64,000 nucleotides of DNA, from the NCBI GenBank assembly GCA_025999275.1, contig AP024680.1:244728-308727 (forward strand), given 5' to 3'. The position numbers and the translations under genes were made by a program. The first letter of the stretch is position 1. Each line of letters opens with the position of its first letter. A model generated the notes under the pieces. It ran no database searches. It had not been told where the DNA came from and saw only the letters and a program-made list of their open reading frames with translations. Below, in pieces: positions 9,721 through 19,294 of the stretch. This stretch comes from Patescibacteria group bacterium. GTDB taxonomy: Bacteria; Patescibacteriota; Microgenomatia; UBA8517.

Positions 9721-11523
9721 ATGGCGGGAGATAACAATAACTCAGGTATCGATAAAACAGAGCTTGTCTGGCCCGGCAAGCGCAAAGAGGTTGAGCGGGT
9801 AGAGCTGCCGTTTCAGACGATTGAGACGATTAACCTACCGCGCGGTACTCGCCAAGATGAACTATTTGGAGACAAAACAGAAGGATGGAAGAATCGGCTC
9901 ATTTGGGGCGACAATCTTTTAGTGATGGGTTCGCTTCTCAAAGAGTTTGCCGGAAAAATAAACCTTATTTACATTGATCCGCCTTTTGCTACCGGAGATG
10001 ATTTTTCTTTTGAAGTACAGATTGGTGATGGTATTGAAATTACCAAAGAGCCATCGGCAATGGAAGTAAAAGCCTACCGCGATACTTGGGGCAAAGGTCT
10101 TCAGTCATATCTTCAAATGATGTACGACCGACTGGTTTTGATGAAAGAACTTTTAGCGGACGATGGCTCAATTTATGTACATTTAGACGCTACTGTTGGA
10201 CATTATGTTAAAACAATAATGGATGAAATTTTTGGGAAGGAGAATTTTCGCCGTCAAATTATATGGGTAATGACTGGAATAGCTGGGTATAAGGGTTTGG
10301 TAAATAATTATGTTCGTGGGCACGATCTTATTCTGTACTACACTAAAACTAGCAATCACGTCTTTAATAAAACCTACATTCCATATTCCGAAAAACAGCT
10401 TGCACGCTTTTCAGGCATTGATGAAAAAGGGCGACGATATAAACCAATCACAAAAGATAGGAGACTTTATTTAGATGAGGCAAAAGGTATTCCAATAACA
10501 GATGTTTGGTCAGATATTGTAGGTTTTCATACCATCGTTAACGCCCCGGAAGATGTTAAATATCCCACTCAAAAACCGGAAAAATTACTTGAACGGATAA
10601 TTAAAACATCTTCAAATGAAGACGATCTTGTCGCTGACTTTTTCTGCGGCTCCGGTACCACTGGTGTAGTGGCGGAGAAACTGGGCAGGCGATGGATTAT
10701 GTCCGATCTCGGACGCTACGCTATCCACACTACTCGCAAGCGGCTTTTAGATATGGGTGCCAAGCCTTTTATTGTGCAAAATCTTGGCAAATACGAGCGC
10801 CACCGCTGGGCAAAACTCAATGGAAAATACAAGGACTACATCAAATTTATTTTAGAGCTTTATCACGCCGAGCCGGTGGATGGCTTTACTCACCTGCATG
10901 GCAAGAAAGATAAGAGTTTTGTCCGCGTAGGCAGCGTAGACGCGCCAGTTACGCTTTCGGAAATCCGTGAGGCGCTCTCCGAATGTAAAGAAAACAATAT
11001 CAAAAAGTTGGATGTGCTTGGCTGGGAGTGGGAAATGGGCTTGCATGATTTGGTCAAAGAAGAGGCGGAAAAATATGGGGTCAAACTAGCTACTTTACAG
11101 ATTCCGAGGGAAGTAATGGAATTATCTGTCGCAGACGCCCAAAAACATGATATTCAATTTTACGAATTGGCGTATTTGGAAGTTGAGGTGAAAGTTGAGG
11201 GCAAGCACGCAACCATAACGCTCAAAGATTTTATTATTCCCAATCCGGAGCTCTTGCCGGAAGAAGTGAAAGGTAAAGTCAAAAGCTGGAGCGACTTTAT
11301 TGACTACTGGGCAGTGGACTGGATGTTTAATCAGCACGAAGAAGAAACAGAAGAAGATGACACCTTCCACAATATGAACCAGCGCTACCGCACCCGCAAG
11401 GAGCCAAAGTTGGAGGTTTCAATGAGCTATGAGTATAAAAACAAAGGTCGATATAACATCCTTGTGAAGGTTATTGATATTTTTGGAAATGATACGACGA
11501 AGCTAATTGAAGTAAAAGTATGA
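9721..11523 (+). CDS. mod: Type III restriction-modification system methyltransferase (Mod), beta-class N6A/N4C DNA methyltransferase
   Basis: Motif IV LIYIDPPF precedes motif I VADFFCGSGTTGVVA, the beta-class order typical of Type III Mod. A variable target-recognition region lies in the middle. GC is high relative to the flanking sequence. The stop overlaps the next start (ATGA). Confidence 0.8.
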   Translation: MAGDNNNSGIDKTELVWPGKRKEVERVELPFQTIETINLPRGTRQDELFGDKTEGWKNRLIWGDNLLVMGSLLKEFAGKINLIYIDPPFATGDDFSFEVQIGDGIEITKEPSAMEVKAYRDTWGKGLQSYLQMMYDRLVLMKELLADDGSIYVHLDATVGHYVKTIMDEIFGKENFRRQIIWVMTGIAGYKGLVNNYVRGHDLILYYTKTSNHVFNKTYIPYSEKQLARFSGIDEKGRRYKPITKDRRLYLDEAKGIPITDVWSDIVGFHTIVNAPEDVKYPTQKPEKLLERIIKTSSNEDDLVADFFCGSGTTGVVAEKLGRRWIMSDLGRYAIHTTRKRLLDMGAKPFIVQNLGKYERHRWAKLNGKYKDYIKFILELYHAEPVDGFTHLHGKKDKSFVRVGSVDAPVTLSEIREALSECKENNIKKLDVLGWEWEMGLHDLVKEEAEKYGVKLATLQIPREVMELSVADAQKHDIQFYELAYLEVEVKVEGKHATITLKDFIIPNPELLPEEVKGKVKSWSDFIDYWAVDWMFNQHEEETEEDDTFHNMNQRYRTRKEPKLEVSMSYEYKNKGRYNILVKVIDIFGNDTTKLIEVKV

Positions 11524-12437
11524 GTGGAGTTAATTTTCACTTTCTAGATGTAGGTGACGGCGACTGTACGATTGTTGATTTTCCGGAGCGTGTTGTGAAA
11601 AGTACCGGCAAGACAAAGAATGCCCGGGTTATGATGGTAGATATACACCATCACGATGATCATAACGACTATGAGCATGTCATAAATTACTACAAACAGA
11701 ATATTGGCGACCGTTCTATTTTTAGATTCATTGCTACTCATCCACAGAAAGATCACATTAAAGGCATAAAACAATTGTTTGAAGATTATGGTATAGAGAT
11801 TTTGAACTTCTGGGATTTAGAGCACGACTTTGAACCAGATAAAGGTGACGAATATTGGGAGGATTACAAAGATGATTGGGAAAAATATTGCGAGATTAGA
11901 GTAATGAAAGACGAAGAAGGGCTTTGCGTTAGACGCTATTGGGATCACCAAAGTGGCATACAATATTGGGACGAGGACAGAATAGAGATTCTTTCACCAT
12001 CAAAGGAGTTGTACCAATTTGTTCACTATACTGAAGAAGGCGAAAAAAGAAGCAAAGAAGAAATCGGAGAATTAATTAACAACATGTCTTATGTTCTGCT
12101 GGTCCGCATCAACAACTTGAAAGTGTTGCTTGCTGCAGACGCAGAGGAGAAGTGCTGGGAATACATATTGAAGAAACATAAGAAGAAAATTGAGAATATT
12201 GATATTTTGAAGGCCGCTCACCATGGTCGGTTAAGTGGATTTCATGAAGAGGCGGTAAAAATTATGAGGCCAAAGCACATCGTTTTTTCTTGCTCTTCGG
12301 ATACCGATCATGAGCACGGAGCGGAAGATGAATACAAAAAAATAGTGCCAGATGCAGAATTTTATAAAACATATCATTACGGCACCATTGTCCTAAATTG
12401 CGATTTTAACGGAAATATAACCCATATACGAGCATGA
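11520..12437 (+). CDS. Metallo-beta-lactamase-fold hydrolase, ComEC/Rec2 C-terminal-domain-like (first paralog)
   Basis: HFLDVGDGDCTIV (beta-lactamase-fold DxGxGD entry), ATHPQKDH (HxHxDH-type motif), LKAAHHGR (C-terminal His pair) and a His-rich HHHDDHNDYEH segment. ATGA overlaps with both neighbours. Confidence 0.55.
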   Translation: MSGVNFHFLDVGDGDCTIVDFPERVVKSTGKTKNARVMMVDIHHHDDHNDYEHVINYYKQNIGDRSIFRFIATHPQKDHIKGIKQLFEDYGIEILNFWDLEHDFEPDKGDEYWEDYKDDWEKYCEIRVMKDEEGLCVRRYWDHQSGIQYWDEDRIEILSPSKELYQFVHYTEEGEKRSKEEIGELINNMSYVLLVRINNLKVLLAADAEEKCWEYILKKHKKKIENIDILKAAHHGRLSGFHEEAVKIMRPKHIVFSCSSDTDHEHGAEDEYKKIVPDAEFYKTYHYGTIVLNCDFNGNITHIRA

Positions 12438-13249
12438 CAAGAATTCACATTTTTGATGTTGAACACGGGGAATGCAATGCCATAGAGACACCTTCTGGCG
12501 ATTTGGTATTGATAGGTGCTGGCCATAATTCCTCTACAAATTGGCGACCATCAAACTGGTTGCGACAGCGCAATCGAAGACCGCACTGTCTTGTTTTAAG
12601 CAATCTAGACCGAGATCATCTTTCTGATTTGGCGAATTTTGAACCCCATATCCGTCCAGTAAGTATTAAGTACAACAGCTATATTAATCCCGACTGGGCG
12701 GAAAGTAAAAAGATCGAAGAAAGTGGCGAGGTACACGAGGGGGTTCAGACAGCTCTGCATTGGATACGAAATGTTTTCACTGGCTCGCCAATATCTCCGA
12801 ACTATGGGATGGAAATTGCTTATTTTCATCATTCACCGACAAATTTTCAAGATACAAATAACTTGAGTGTTGTTACTTTTGTTGCTTACAACGGGGTTGG
12901 TGTAATGTTCCCAGGAGACATTGAAACCGCTGGATGGAGAGAATTTTTAACAAATCAGACATTTGTAAATTGTTTGAGGCGAACAAGGATTTTAATCGCT
13001 TCTCATCATGGACGAGAAAGCGGTTATTGTCGCGAAGTGTTCAATTACTGTGCTCCTGATGTAGTGATTATTTCTGATAAGCCGCTAATGCACGAGACAC
13101 AAAACCATAATCTCTACGCCCAGCATTGTAGTGGCTTAAACTCCAACGGTAATCTTAGGAAAGTATTAACTACCCGCAACGATGGTAAGCTTACGATTGA
13201 AATTCCGGCGATTGGAAACTATACCGTTTATATCAATCAAAATTATTGA
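12434..13249 (+). CDS. Metallo-beta-lactamase-fold hydrolase, ComEC/Rec2 C-terminal-domain-like (second paralog)
   Basis: FDVEHGECNAIETPSGDLVLIGAGH, SNLDRDH and IASHHGRESG repeat the motif arrangement of the preceding ORF. Confidence 0.55.
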   Translation: MTRIHIFDVEHGECNAIETPSGDLVLIGAGHNSSTNWRPSNWLRQRNRRPHCLVLSNLDRDHLSDLANFEPHIRPVSIKYNSYINPDWAESKKIEESGEVHEGVQTALHWIRNVFTGSPISPNYGMEIAYFHHSPTNFQDTNNLSVVTFVAYNGVGVMFPGDIETAGWREFLTNQTFVNCLRRTRILIASHHGRESGYCREVFNYCAPDVVIISDKPLMHETQNHNLYAQHCSGLNSNGNLRKVLTTRNDGKLTIEIPAIGNYTVYINQNY

Positions 13250-13252
13250 GCT

Positions 13253-13870
13253 ATGGAACAAAAAGTTTTCTCAAAATTTAATGTATATGACCAAATCGGC
13301 TACCTGATGGTTGGCGCACTTACCCTATTACTGCTTGTTTTTAACACAGTTTATTTCTTTCAAGTTGCTGTCCCCTCTTTCAGTTTAGATACTTTCTTAA
13401 TCTGGTTCATTGTCGCTTATTTTGTAGGACATTTTATGCAGGGAGTTGCAAATCTTATCAACGAGATAAAATTTTTGCGTTTTTTGGTTCCGGAAAACAA
13501 AAAAGATTTTGATGACAAGCAAAAAGAAATATTGCAACAAGCAAAAGAATATTTTGGATTACATAAACAAGATGACAGCAGATTATGGAATCTATGTTAT
13601 ATGTTAGCCAGCGCCAAAGATATAACTGGTCAAGTGCAAGCATTTAACTCCTATTACAGCTTGTATCGGGGTTGGCTCATCGTGTTTATTTTGGAGTCAT
13701 TGTTTTTACTCTATTTTATTTTTTCGGCTTTCAACTTGAACACTTTGCTGTTATTTTTGGCGAGCATATTTTTTTCTGTCATATTTTATCGGCGTTCAAA
13801 GCGCTTTTGGAGCTATACGAAGGATAAGGTTTTAGAAACTTTTGTCATTGTTAAAACTTTGAATCTATGA
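13253..13870 (+). CDS. Four-TM membrane protein of unknown function in the Mod-Res operon
   Basis: The start is 3 nt after the preceding stop and the stop overlaps the res start (ATGA). Two N-terminal and two C-terminal TM helices flank a charged cytoplasmic segment. Confidence 0.5.
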   Translation: MEQKVFSKFNVYDQIGYLMVGALTLLLLVFNTVYFFQVAVPSFSLDTFLIWFIVAYFVGHFMQGVANLINEIKFLRFLVPENKKDFDDKQKEILQQAKEYFGLHKQDDSRLWNLCYMLASAKDITGQVQAFNSYYSLYRGWLIVFILESLFLLYFIFSAFNLNTLLLFLASIFFSVIFYRRSKRFWSYTKDKVLETFVIVKTLNL

Positions 13871-16356
13871 GTAAATCATCTAAACAACAATCACTACTTC
13901 CTCTCGTCCGCGCCCTACAGCTGGCGGTGGCGGCGTGGCGTGAGGGTGGATATAAAGAAGGCACGAGTGAGACGACCCGGCGGCTTTTGGAGTGGTGGTT
14001 TATGGAAGATCACGAGCTTGCAGATGGAAAAAGTTTTGCTTTTTGGCAAGCGCAAAGAGAAGCAATTGAACATCTAATTTATTGCTATGAGGTTTTGGAA
14101 GCGCGCAGTTTATACAAACTTGCGCAACAGCTTGATGTGAGGATTCCAATTGACCCAAGCGCCGACAAATGGGCAAAATACGCTTTCAAAATGGCGACCG
14201 GCTCGGGCAAGACAATGGTAATGGCGATGACAATTGCCTGGTCGTATTTTAACGCGACAAAAGAAAAGCGGGAAGATTTTACAAAACATTTTGTGCTTAT
14301 TGCGCCAAATCTGATTGTGCTTGATCGCTTATTCGGTGATTCAAAGAATCCGGAATTCTTTGAAGGCGCAATTTTCAAAAAATTTCCTTTCATTCCGCCG
14401 GAATGGTTATCAGATTTTCAACTTGATGTCATTGGTCCAGACGAGGAACGGGAAGCTACCCGTCCGGCAACGCTTTATCTCTTGAACTGGCAGAAGTTTA
14501 TTGAGCGCGAAAATGGCGAAGCAGAAAATCCGGTACAGGATATTTTAGGACCAAAGCCGCCGAGCGAAATTGCCGTTTCTTTGGCAAAGCTAAAAGACAG
14601 ATTGTCTCATCTTTCAAATGTGATGGTGATAAATGACGAAGCGCATCGTGTATGGAGCGAAGAACTCGTTTGGTATAAGGCGATTGAAAATCTCCACGAG
14701 ACCGTAGGACTGATGTGCCAGCTTGATTTTTCAGCAACGCCGAAAGATCAAGACGGGCGGCTTTTTACACATATTATTACCGATTACAATTTGGGCACGG
14801 CGATTGAAGACAACATTGTTAAGCGTCCCAAAATTGCCGAACTTGAGAATGTACCTGAAATTGAAAGTGAGAACGCGGCAGAAAAATACCGTGTTCAAAT
14901 AGATGCTGGTATTAAACAGTGGAAAGTTATGAAAAAGACGCTTGAGAAAGCCCAGAAAAAACCGGTTATCTTTTTTGTTACCGAAGATAACACGGCCGCT
15001 GACGAGGTTGCTGAGTATCTTCAAACTTTTCCTGAGTTTAGCGGCGATAAAACTTTGACGATTCATTCCGGCAGAACTAAAGATCAGATTGCCGAAAAGG
15101 ATTTGGCTAAAGCAAGAAAGGCGGCGCGCGAGATTGATTCACTGGATAATCCTCATAACGCTATTGTTTCTGTTTTGATGTTGCGCGAAGGGTGGGATGT
15201 TAAAAATGTAGTTGTGGTTGTGCCCTTGAGATCCTTCAGCGCCAAAGCCAAAATTTTTCCGGAACAAACCTTGGGAAGAGGTTTACGAAAAATGTGGCCA
15301 GATCGACAAGAATTAGTTGAAGAATTGATTGTTATAGAGCATCCGGAATTTCATGATTTAATTGAGCAGGCACTTGCCGAACAGGGCGTAAAAGTGGAAT
15401 TTACTTCACTTGAAGAAGCGTATACTCCACCTATTATTATTCAGGTCGAGGAAGGCAAAGAAAAATTTGATATAGAAGTGCCGATGCTTTCCGGTGGCTT
15501 GACGCACTCGGTTAAAGGGATTGAAAAGTTGCAGCCAAGCGCCCTAGAAAAAGGATTGTTCGATTATGACTCTCTGCAGGCTCGGGATGTAACTTTGCGC
15601 AAAGTTGATATGCTGACGAAAAAAGAGGAAGCCAGAGAAGTACTGGAATTTCCGTACGCGGACAATCCGCAAATGTATATTGCGAGCATTACCAACGCGG
15701 TTTTGCGATTTGCGAGAATTCCCGGACACTTTGATAAAGTTGTGCCGCAAGTCAAGGAGTACATCTCGAAGCACCTGTTTGATAGAAAGGTGGATATTGC
15801 TAATCTAGAAACTTTGAAGAAACTCAATCATCCAAAAGTACGCGGCGCAATTATCTCCGTTTTTGTTGATGCTATTAATAATTTAACGATTGTATCGGAG
15901 GAAATGAGGCTTGAGGAACGGAAAACTCGAGCGTCAGAAATTAAACCATTCCCGTGGACAAAACTTGCAGTGGCAGCGCAAAAGTGCGTCTTGAATTTTA
16001 CACCGGTTGATAACGATTTTGAGGCGAAGTTTGTAAAATTTCTCGATGGAGCAGGCGATGTTGAAGCTTTTATCAAAAATGAAACAAGGACTGTAAATCT
16101 TAAAATTCCATATATCGCAAAGGACGGGTTTTTACGTCGCTATATTCCAGACTTTATCGTCAAAACGAAAGATGGTATCGTGATTGTAGAAACAAAAGGA
16201 CGAGAGGATGTTGATGTTGCGGCAAAGGATTTACAGGGCAGACGCTGGGTAGAAGAAATTAGCAAGCGAACCAGAACTAAGTGGATTTTCTTGCGTGTTG
16301 ATCAAAAAGAATTTGAAAAGTCGAGGTATAGTAATTTTTCAGAATTGACAGTATAA
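13867..16356 (+). CDS. res: Type III restriction enzyme Res subunit (SF2 helicase with C-terminal PD-(D/E)xK nuclease)
   Basis: Walker A MATGSGKTMVMA and DEAH box VINDEAHRV. C-terminal nuclease motif DFIVKTKDGIVIVETKGRE. The length and domain order fit Type III Res. Confidence 0.8.
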   Translation: MSKSSKQQSLLPLVRALQLAVAAWREGGYKEGTSETTRRLLEWWFMEDHELADGKSFAFWQAQREAIEHLIYCYEVLEARSLYKLAQQLDVRIPIDPSADKWAKYAFKMATGSGKTMVMAMTIAWSYFNATKEKREDFTKHFVLIAPNLIVLDRLFGDSKNPEFFEGAIFKKFPFIPPEWLSDFQLDVIGPDEEREATRPATLYLLNWQKFIERENGEAENPVQDILGPKPPSEIAVSLAKLKDRLSHLSNVMVINDEAHRVWSEELVWYKAIENLHETVGLMCQLDFSATPKDQDGRLFTHIITDYNLGTAIEDNIVKRPKIAELENVPEIESENAAEKYRVQIDAGIKQWKVMKKTLEKAQKKPVIFFVTEDNTAADEVAEYLQTFPEFSGDKTLTIHSGRTKDQIAEKDLAKARKAAREIDSLDNPHNAIVSVLMLREGWDVKNVVVVVPLRSFSAKAKIFPEQTLGRGLRKMWPDRQELVEELIVIEHPEFHDLIEQALAEQGVKVEFTSLEEAYTPPIIIQVEEGKEKFDIEVPMLSGGLTHSVKGIEKLQPSALEKGLFDYDSLQARDVTLRKVDMLTKKEEAREVLEFPYADNPQMYIASITNAVLRFARIPGHFDKVVPQVKEYISKHLFDRKVDIANLETLKKLNHPKVRGAIISVFVDAINNLTIVSEEMRLEERKTRASEIKPFPWTKLAVAAQKCVLNFTPVDNDFEAKFVKFLDGAGDVEAFIKNETRTVNLKIPYIAKDGFLRRYIPDFIVKTKDGIVIVETKGREDVDVAAKDLQGRRWVEEISKRTRTKWIFLRVDQKEFEKSRYSNFSELTV

Positions 16357-16793
16357 CTCTAATTAAGGTATTACACTTCATAAGTGGCATAGCTTCACAA
16401 GTTTGGAGTTTTTTGTTTTCTTTTCAAAAGTATTAAATAAATGAAAGAGTTTTTATGGTGTGTTAAAATTCTATGAGAGGGATGGTCTGAAAAAGAAAAA
16501 ATAAATGGAAGAAATTGATTCAAAAATTAGCGAGCTAATAAATCAAGTTAAGGAGTGTGCTAGAGATGCTTATAAAAAAATTGGTTAGTGGTGTTCAGGT
16601 TTTGGATGTCGAAGCTGTTAAATAACACAAACTCTTCTGCTTTATGTTTATGCTCGGAATTTAAAAACAGGCAAAGGGTATAAAAAAAGTTTTGGTTATC
16701 AGTTAGTTTTTAAGCCAGCAACAAAAGATTATCAAGTAAAAGCAAAAGGGAATATTGATACGCAACTAGTTTTATATCCATCGGTAAAAATAT

Positions 16794-17432
16794 ATGGAAA
16801 ATTTTAGATTTGAATTGAAAGGAAAAACATTGGTAATTGTTGACTGGGCGAATGTTTATGGTTGGTTTGAAAAATTGAAATGGGAAATTGACGAGAAGAA
16901 GCTTTTTAAATATCTTAAAAGTTATTCTCCAATAAAAGAAATTCGTTTTTATTTTGGAGTTGAGAAAGGCAATAAAAAATCAGAAGAGTTTCAGAAAAGG
17001 ATTAAGAAAATTGGTTATATTTTAGTTTCCAAAGAAGTTAAATGGGTGCCGGTAACACTTGATAGAACTCATTTTAAAGAATTTTTAAGTAAGCTTTTTT
17101 TACTGGCAAATATTTTAGAATCTTCTAACTCAAAAATTGCCAATCTTTTAAGACAATTACCTAAAAATCCAATTTACAGGAGGAAATGTGATTTTGATTG
17201 TGAGATTAGTATAGATGTGATGAAAAATCTAAATAATTATGATGGCTTTATATTGTTTAGCGGCGATGGCGATTATGCCGCTTTGATAAAAGAAATAATC
17301 AATAACCGAAAACAAGCCATAGTTGTTGCTTTGAAAAACTCAATGGGGAAAGAATATACAGATATCAAAAAGGGATTGTTTATTTGCAATGTTAAGAAGT
17401 TTAAGAAGTTTATTAAAAGAAATTCCCGGTAG
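16794..17432 (+). CDS. NYN-domain (LabA-like PIN nuclease) protein
   Basis: VIVDWANVYGW and ILFSGDGDYAALIKE, acidic residues arranged as in NYN/LabA nucleases. Isolated between two long non-coding stretches. Confidence 0.6.
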   Translation: MENFRFELKGKTLVIVDWANVYGWFEKLKWEIDEKKLFKYLKSYSPIKEIRFYFGVEKGNKKSEEFQKRIKKIGYILVSKEVKWVPVTLDRTHFKEFLSKLFLLANILESSNSKIANLLRQLPKNPIYRRKCDFDCEISIDVMKNLNNYDGFILFSGDGDYAALIKEIINNRKQAIVVALKNSMGKEYTDIKKGLFICNVKKFKKFIKRNSR

Positions 17433-17665
17433 ATATACTACCGGGCGTGATTGGGATTATGATACCATCTTGAATAGTGCTTGTCAATAGTGTTGACAAG
17501 TATGTTAGTTGAAATTGTACACTCCAGGAGTGTTATAGCTGAGTGTTATAGCTTCACACACTTTAGATTGTGTACACTGAAAGTCAGCCTGCTGGTGGGT
17601 GTATTAGCTTGGTGCCAAATAAGAGGGTGGGTTATGTGTTAATTAAAATTAGGTCAAAAGGCTGG

Positions 17666-18325
17666 TCAAAAGTGATCTTTCCATTCTCCACTTTCAATTA
17701 TTTCAGTAATAGATTTATTTTGAGTGGCTAACCAAGCTCTCAATCTTTTTTGATTGGGGTAACCTTTTTCTTCAGGGTTAGTAAATACAGTTAAAGCTTC
17801 TTTTAACGATTCAAACTTTTCTTCATCTAATTCTTTCTTTAAGCCGTCAAAATAATAATAAAACATAAAATGATTAAGCTCGTGTGTTAATATTTTGATT
17901 TGTTTTTCAGTGGATGCCCCGGCGAAAATCATAATCCATCTTTTTTTAAAATTATATGGGCAAATTGGTAAAGAAGAGAGAAATACTTTCACTGTTTTAA
18001 AAGGAAATTCTTTACCGTAAATTTTTTGCAATTTATTTTCTATTGTAGGCCCTTTCTCTTTCCAAGCTTTTTTTAAATCTTTAGCAACTTTTAAATATTT
18101 AATTTTTCTACCTTCTAGACCTTGAAGTAGGAAATTTTTGATTATTTTTTTAGCCTCTTTTTCGTTTTTGGCATTTTTAAGACTAGTTTTAAATTTTTCA
18201 GGGAGAGCTAAAATTATTTTGTCTTGAATATTATCTCTGCCATGCTTATACCATACAAACTTATAGACAGAATTTAAATAATTCCATACATCTTGGTCCA
18301 AAGAATAACTCACATTTAGGTTCAT
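17666..18325 (-). CDS. Hypothetical protein with an HExxH zinc-metallopeptidase-like motif
   Basis: ILTHELNHFMFYY. Otherwise Lys-rich with no clear family. Confidence 0.35.
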   Translation of the reverse strand: MNLNVSYSLDQDVWNYLNSVYKFVWYKHGRDNIQDKIILALPEKFKTSLKNAKNEKEAKKIIKNFLLQGLEGRKIKYLKVAKDLKKAWKEKGPTIENKLQKIYGKEFPFKTVKVFLSSLPICPYNFKKRWIMIFAGASTEKQIKILTHELNHFMFYYYFDGLKKELDEEKFESLKEALTVFTNPEEKGYPNQKRLRAWLATQNKSITEIIESGEWKDHF

Positions 18326-18392
18326 AAATTTTATTTTAGATGCTGGTGTTAACTATTATATTAAGTTTAACACTTCGGGAGTGAAATGATTT

Positions 18393-18698
18393 TTGCAAAT
18401 AGTTTATGAAGAGAATAGTTTCTTTATTGACTGCTATTGTGAGGTGTGTTTTAATTGTCTTATGTTAACTCAGAGGGATTTGGATGAAATTGAAAAAGTT
18501 GTAGAGGAAAAGATAGAAGAGAAAACTCGTAACTTGCCTAGCAAAGATGATTTTTTTACCGCGATTGATGAAGTTATGGACGAGTTAAAAACAATAAGAG
18601 AGAATCAAGAAGTTTTGACAAATAGGGTTTATGAAGATCATGAGAGTAGAATCAAAAGATTGGAGAAGAAACTCCAGATTTCTAGTTCTAACTTTTGA
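18393..18698 (+). CDS. Small coiled-coil hypothetical protein
   Basis: A 101-aa ORF with an N-terminal Cys cluster (CYCEVCFNC) and an acidic/helical remainder. Confidence 0.3.
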   Translation: MQIVYEENSFFIDCYCEVCFNCLMLTQRDLDEIEKVVEEKIEEKTRNLPSKDDFFTAIDEVMDELKTIRENQEVLTNRVYEDHESRIKRLEKKLQISSSNF

Positions 18699-18832
18699 TT
18701 TCTAGTTGGCTAAACTAATTTAGGAAATAAATACAAATCGTAAATTATTGATTGGTTTTTTAAGCTTTTGTTTTAAAAACTTCACTCCTTTTAATTTTCC
18801 ACTTATCTTTAGTGTAAAATAACAAATTAGAA

Positions 18833-19285
18833 GTGAAAGATTCTGAAATTGTTGTAAGTATCAAGATTGATAAGGACCCTTTTTGGATTTTTGATTTTAT
18901 TTTTAAGGCAATAGTAATAACTAGATATCTTTGGGGAGTTTTTAGGAAAAATTACAATCATTTTAAGCCTGATATAAAAAATATTCTTTTTGTAGAGGTT
19001 GTTATCAAAAAAATTTATAGAATTTTGATTTATTTTATTTTTGCCTTTTTCTTAATCTCATATTTGGATTTTAAAAATTTTATCTCTGAAGAAAAATTTT
19101 TTTTCGTTTGGGCAGCTTTTGGCTCTTTATTTTTTGCTTTTTACTTTTTAACCACCATTTATATTGCTTTTTATTTAATAATTCTTTTTTTCCTTTGGAT
19201 AAGGGCGGTTTTAAAAAGTCTTGTTCATTTTATTAAAGATATATTTACTCCACCAGATGAGGAAGAAGAAAAGACTTTAAAGTAG
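18833..19285 (+). CDS. Hypothetical membrane protein
   Basis: Several predicted TM helices. No family assignment. Confidence 0.35.
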   Translation: MKDSEIVVSIKIDKDPFWIFDFIFKAIVITRYLWGVFRKNYNHFKPDIKNILFVEVVIKKIYRILIYFIFAFFLISYLDFKNFISEEKFFFVWAAFGSLFFAFYFLTTIYIAFYLIILFFLWIRAVLKSLVHFIKDIFTPPDEEEEKTLK

Positions 19286-19294
19286 GAGTTTATT

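Noticed and set aside
10692-11370. Several 64-82-aa ORFs in alternative frames inside mod, and similar ones inside res (14085..16076)
   Set aside because: They are antisense or out-of-frame within strongly supported long genes. They arise from the elevated GC of the island.
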